A stretch of DNA of 64,000 bases, taken from assembly GCA_015680685.1 (NCBI GenBank), contig MNCI01002984.1, positions 378,221 to 442,220 on the forward strand, in the 5' to 3' direction. The notes beneath the pieces are model-generated. The model was given only the letters and a program-made list of their open reading frames with translations, was not told where the DNA came from and ran no database searches. The translations under genes and the position numbers were made by a program. This DNA is from Gnetum montanum. Lineage: Eukaryota > Plantae > Gnetophyta. How positions within the stretch are numbered: the stretch's first letter is position 1; every line of letters starts with the position of its first letter. Of this stretch, positions 60,990 to 64,000 are shown in pieces.

Positions 60990-63460
60990 TGGATTTCCAT
61001 GTTGGGGAAATAGTGCCTAGCCTAGAAGAAGGGAAGTAACACTCACTCTTGCCTGCCAACACTCATCTAGCACAAGTTTGACCCCAAAGTAGGCCCCACA
61101 TGACAAAGAACCCTTCCAAGCATCTCCGATAGCCTAGGAACCTCACCAAACCTAGTTAAGATTGGTTGAAATCTAGGATTTGATGTGTTCCACACTAGGG
61201 AAGGCTTATTCCATGCTAAGCCCCTCATCCTCAGCATGGATATATTAGGGGAAGTAAAAATTACCTTAATTGAAGACCTAGTAACCCCTAGACCCTACCA
61301 AAACCTTCTAGAACTTCTGGAAGCCCCAAAATTGGTCAAATATGGAACCAAACTATCATCCCCTCTCATCCATTTTGGGACCACCATACACAGTGTGGAA
61401 GAAAGGGATAAGATTGCATGAGGCACTTAGAAGCCTCCAAACTATCAAATCTTGACACCCAACATTGACCATCGACACCAGCAACCTCAGAGGTTGACAT
61501 GCATGGTCGATCAACTATCAATTTGGCCTACATTTTACTTTCTTGATTGTGGAAGACCTCTTCCATGCTAAGCCTTCCATCCTTAATGTGGAAAAAGTGA
61601 GGAAGCCTGAAAGCCCCCTCAAAGACTTCAAAATGATCAAATCTTAACCTTAGGCACTAATAGCCAACACTGGCAACCCTATGAGCACTCATGCATAGCC
61701 AGGTCAACTGAAAATGATCAAAAAATCTTTTCCCCTAATTTTCCACATTGAGCATGAAGCTCCATCATGGAAAAAGGGAGGGAAGTTTAACAAATGGCTA
61801 GTGACCCTTGGAACAACCAATCTTTAACATCAAATATTAGCAGTTAACACCAATAACCTTGAGAATGTGCATGCATGACTGAAAGTGATCATGGAGCATG
61901 AAAAATATTTTCCCTTAATTTTCCATGTTGATCATGGAACATCTAGCATGAAAAAGGAGGGGAGTCCAAAAACCACTCATTAATCATCAAAAAAGAAAAA
62001 CTTTAACAGCAAGCATTGACCATTGTCACTAGTAACCTCAATGACCTACATGCATGATCGAAAATGATGCAAAAATAAAAAATCTATTTCCTCCCATTTT
62101 TCCACACTAAGCATACTATCCCTAGTGTGGAAAGAAGGGGAAAAGTCTAAAACATGCTTAGAAATACTCAAAATGACCAAAATTTAACACTAAACCTTGG
62201 TCCTTAACTTCGGTAGGCCTAAAAGCTAACATGCATAGTCGATTGAGGTTAAAATTGGCTTAAATCTAAGTTGCATGGTTCTTCCATGCTAAGGATTCAT
62301 TTTTCCATGTTGAGGTTGGTATCCCTAGTGTGGAAACTCAAGGGGCAACTTATTTGAGACTCCCAAACACCTTAGAATGACACCAAATGACCTTTCATGC
62401 ACTCTATAACCTTGGCAGTAGCTATTGGAGCACTTAAAATTTACAAAACTAATCCTAGATGGCCACAAATCCATTTCCCTTTCTTTTCCATGGTGAGCTC
62501 TCTATCCCCAATGTGGAAGAAAGTGGGGAAGCCAAAAAGCCACATAGGAATGCTCAGAACTACTAAATTTTGACATGGATCCATAGCCCTTGACCTTGGC
62601 AACTTTGGAAGGTAACATGCATGGTCGATTTTAGTTCGAACTAGCCTAGATCTAAGATTTTTTCTTCTTCCATGCTAGAGTAACTTCCCTAGTATGTAAA
62701 TAAAATGGGAAAGTTGCTTTTCCACTTTTAGATGTAATATGGCACTCTTGGAAGCCAAAGATCTTTGTCGAAGTATCCCAAGACCTCATAGCCTCAAGAT
62801 TTTGCTTCTTTGACCTTATTTCAACCTTTAAAATCCACTCCCCCCATTATTCCATGCTAGAGTAACTCCCCCAACGTGGAAATATGGGGGAAGACCTTAA
62901 GTACCCTTAAACAATCTTCAAACATGCCCAAAATTAACCAGAAACTTGCAATATTGACGTCTATCGTCCTAGTGGCCTAGAAACCTAGTCAAAGTGCTCC
63001 AAAATCACTCTAAATTCATAAAAATAAGTATCCTTCTATTTTTCCACGTTGAAGATACTATGCCCTACTTGGAAAAAGGGGAGAACGCCATTTCAACACC
63101 TATTAACCCTCAAAATCACCTCAATTTGCCTAAAAACGAAGTCGGGAGATGCACAAGTTTTAAATTTGGACTCTAGCCACCTGTTTGACCATGTTTGACC
63201 TTATTTTTTCTTGGATTTTGGTTTTCCATGCAAAACCCCCTCTTTTCCATGCTGGTCAGCATGGAAACAATTTGAGAAGGCTTTAAAACTTACTTTTTTG
63301 GCCTTTACAAACCTCTGAGGAGCCCAATTTTGATGGATCTGACCTTGTGCTTCCTTAGGAAGGTCCTAGGATCTCAATTTTGGACCTCTAACACTCCAAA
63401 GCCTATTTTCCTTAGTTTCCATACTAAGGGCCCCTATTTCCATGCTGAGCCCAATGTGGA
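60990..63460. repeat. Degenerate tandem array with a ~180-190-bp unit (about 14 units)
   Basis: ttccaYRct...aRYRtggaa dyad at 61561, 61741, 61921, 62100, 62282, 62486, 62668, 62850, 63042, 63223 and 63417, with weaker copies upstream; catgcatg in several units. Confidence 0.8.
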
Positions 63461-64000
63461 AGCCTCAAAACATTGGATTTTGGGTTTAAATAGCCTAGAA
63501 ATAGCCCTGATTGATGCCTAAACTCATCTAATAGCCTTGTAGCTTCAAAACATGGTCTACTAAGGCCTAAAATTGGAAAAAACCTAATCATTTTTACCTA
63601 TATTAGGCAAATTTTATCATATACAACCTATTTTTCTTGATTTTTGCCTTATTACATAATGTTTTGACTTGTTTTTAAATTCATGTTGCCTTATGGACCT
63701 TGTTAACCTTCTATGACCTTTATACAACCTTATATGTTCTCTGTTTGTCTTATTACAACTCTATGTACCTTTTTTTGGCCTTTAAATGGCATCAAATAGT
63801 GGGGTTTTACCTTCCATGATGACCATTTGGCACCATATTACCATGGCCTGCTAAGGCTTTAAACTAGCATTATACACCAAGACTATAAACTGGCATCATG
63901 GCTTGCTAAGGCCTTAAATTGGCAAAATTGTGGCCTTTATTGACCATTTGAAGCCTTATATTTTTTTGAATTTTATGTGATCTTTGCACTTTTCCAAATT

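Overview
AT-rich land-plant nuclear DNA; the species cannot be determined from the sequence. It holds one intact host gene: a 7-exon DUF829/TMEM53-family alpha/beta-hydrolase-like gene (CDS 7602-18061, +, 402 aa reconstructed, C-terminal SRL = PTS1). The gene sits among nested, decayed LTR retrotransposons. These are a Ty1/copia RT-RH fragment, a CRM-like Ty3/gypsy family (a gag+PR-only element B with TSD, plus a partial LTR), and at least six pieces of one Athila-like family with a tRNA-Asp PBS: an LTR end at 1-58, A0 59-2115(-), A 18962-26039(-), C ~31580-50360(+), D 39095-46038(+, nested in C's integrase) and E ~54075-60943(+). Most notable observations: (1) D's 3' end is rearranged into a ~410-bp-arm hairpin covering the env-like splice acceptor and ORF start, with most of its 3' LTR deleted but both termini and the TSD kept; (2) an unrecognised conserved N-terminal Gag domain and a Cys-rich PR-RT spacer, both kept in non-autonomous copies; (3) a small ORF just before the PPT conserved between A and E; (4) a decayed ~180-bp tandem array with a conserved dyad and RY motif; (5) LTRs built from arrays of CpG palindromes decayed by C>T/G>A changes. 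All family assignments come from motifs recognised by eye; no database searches were run.
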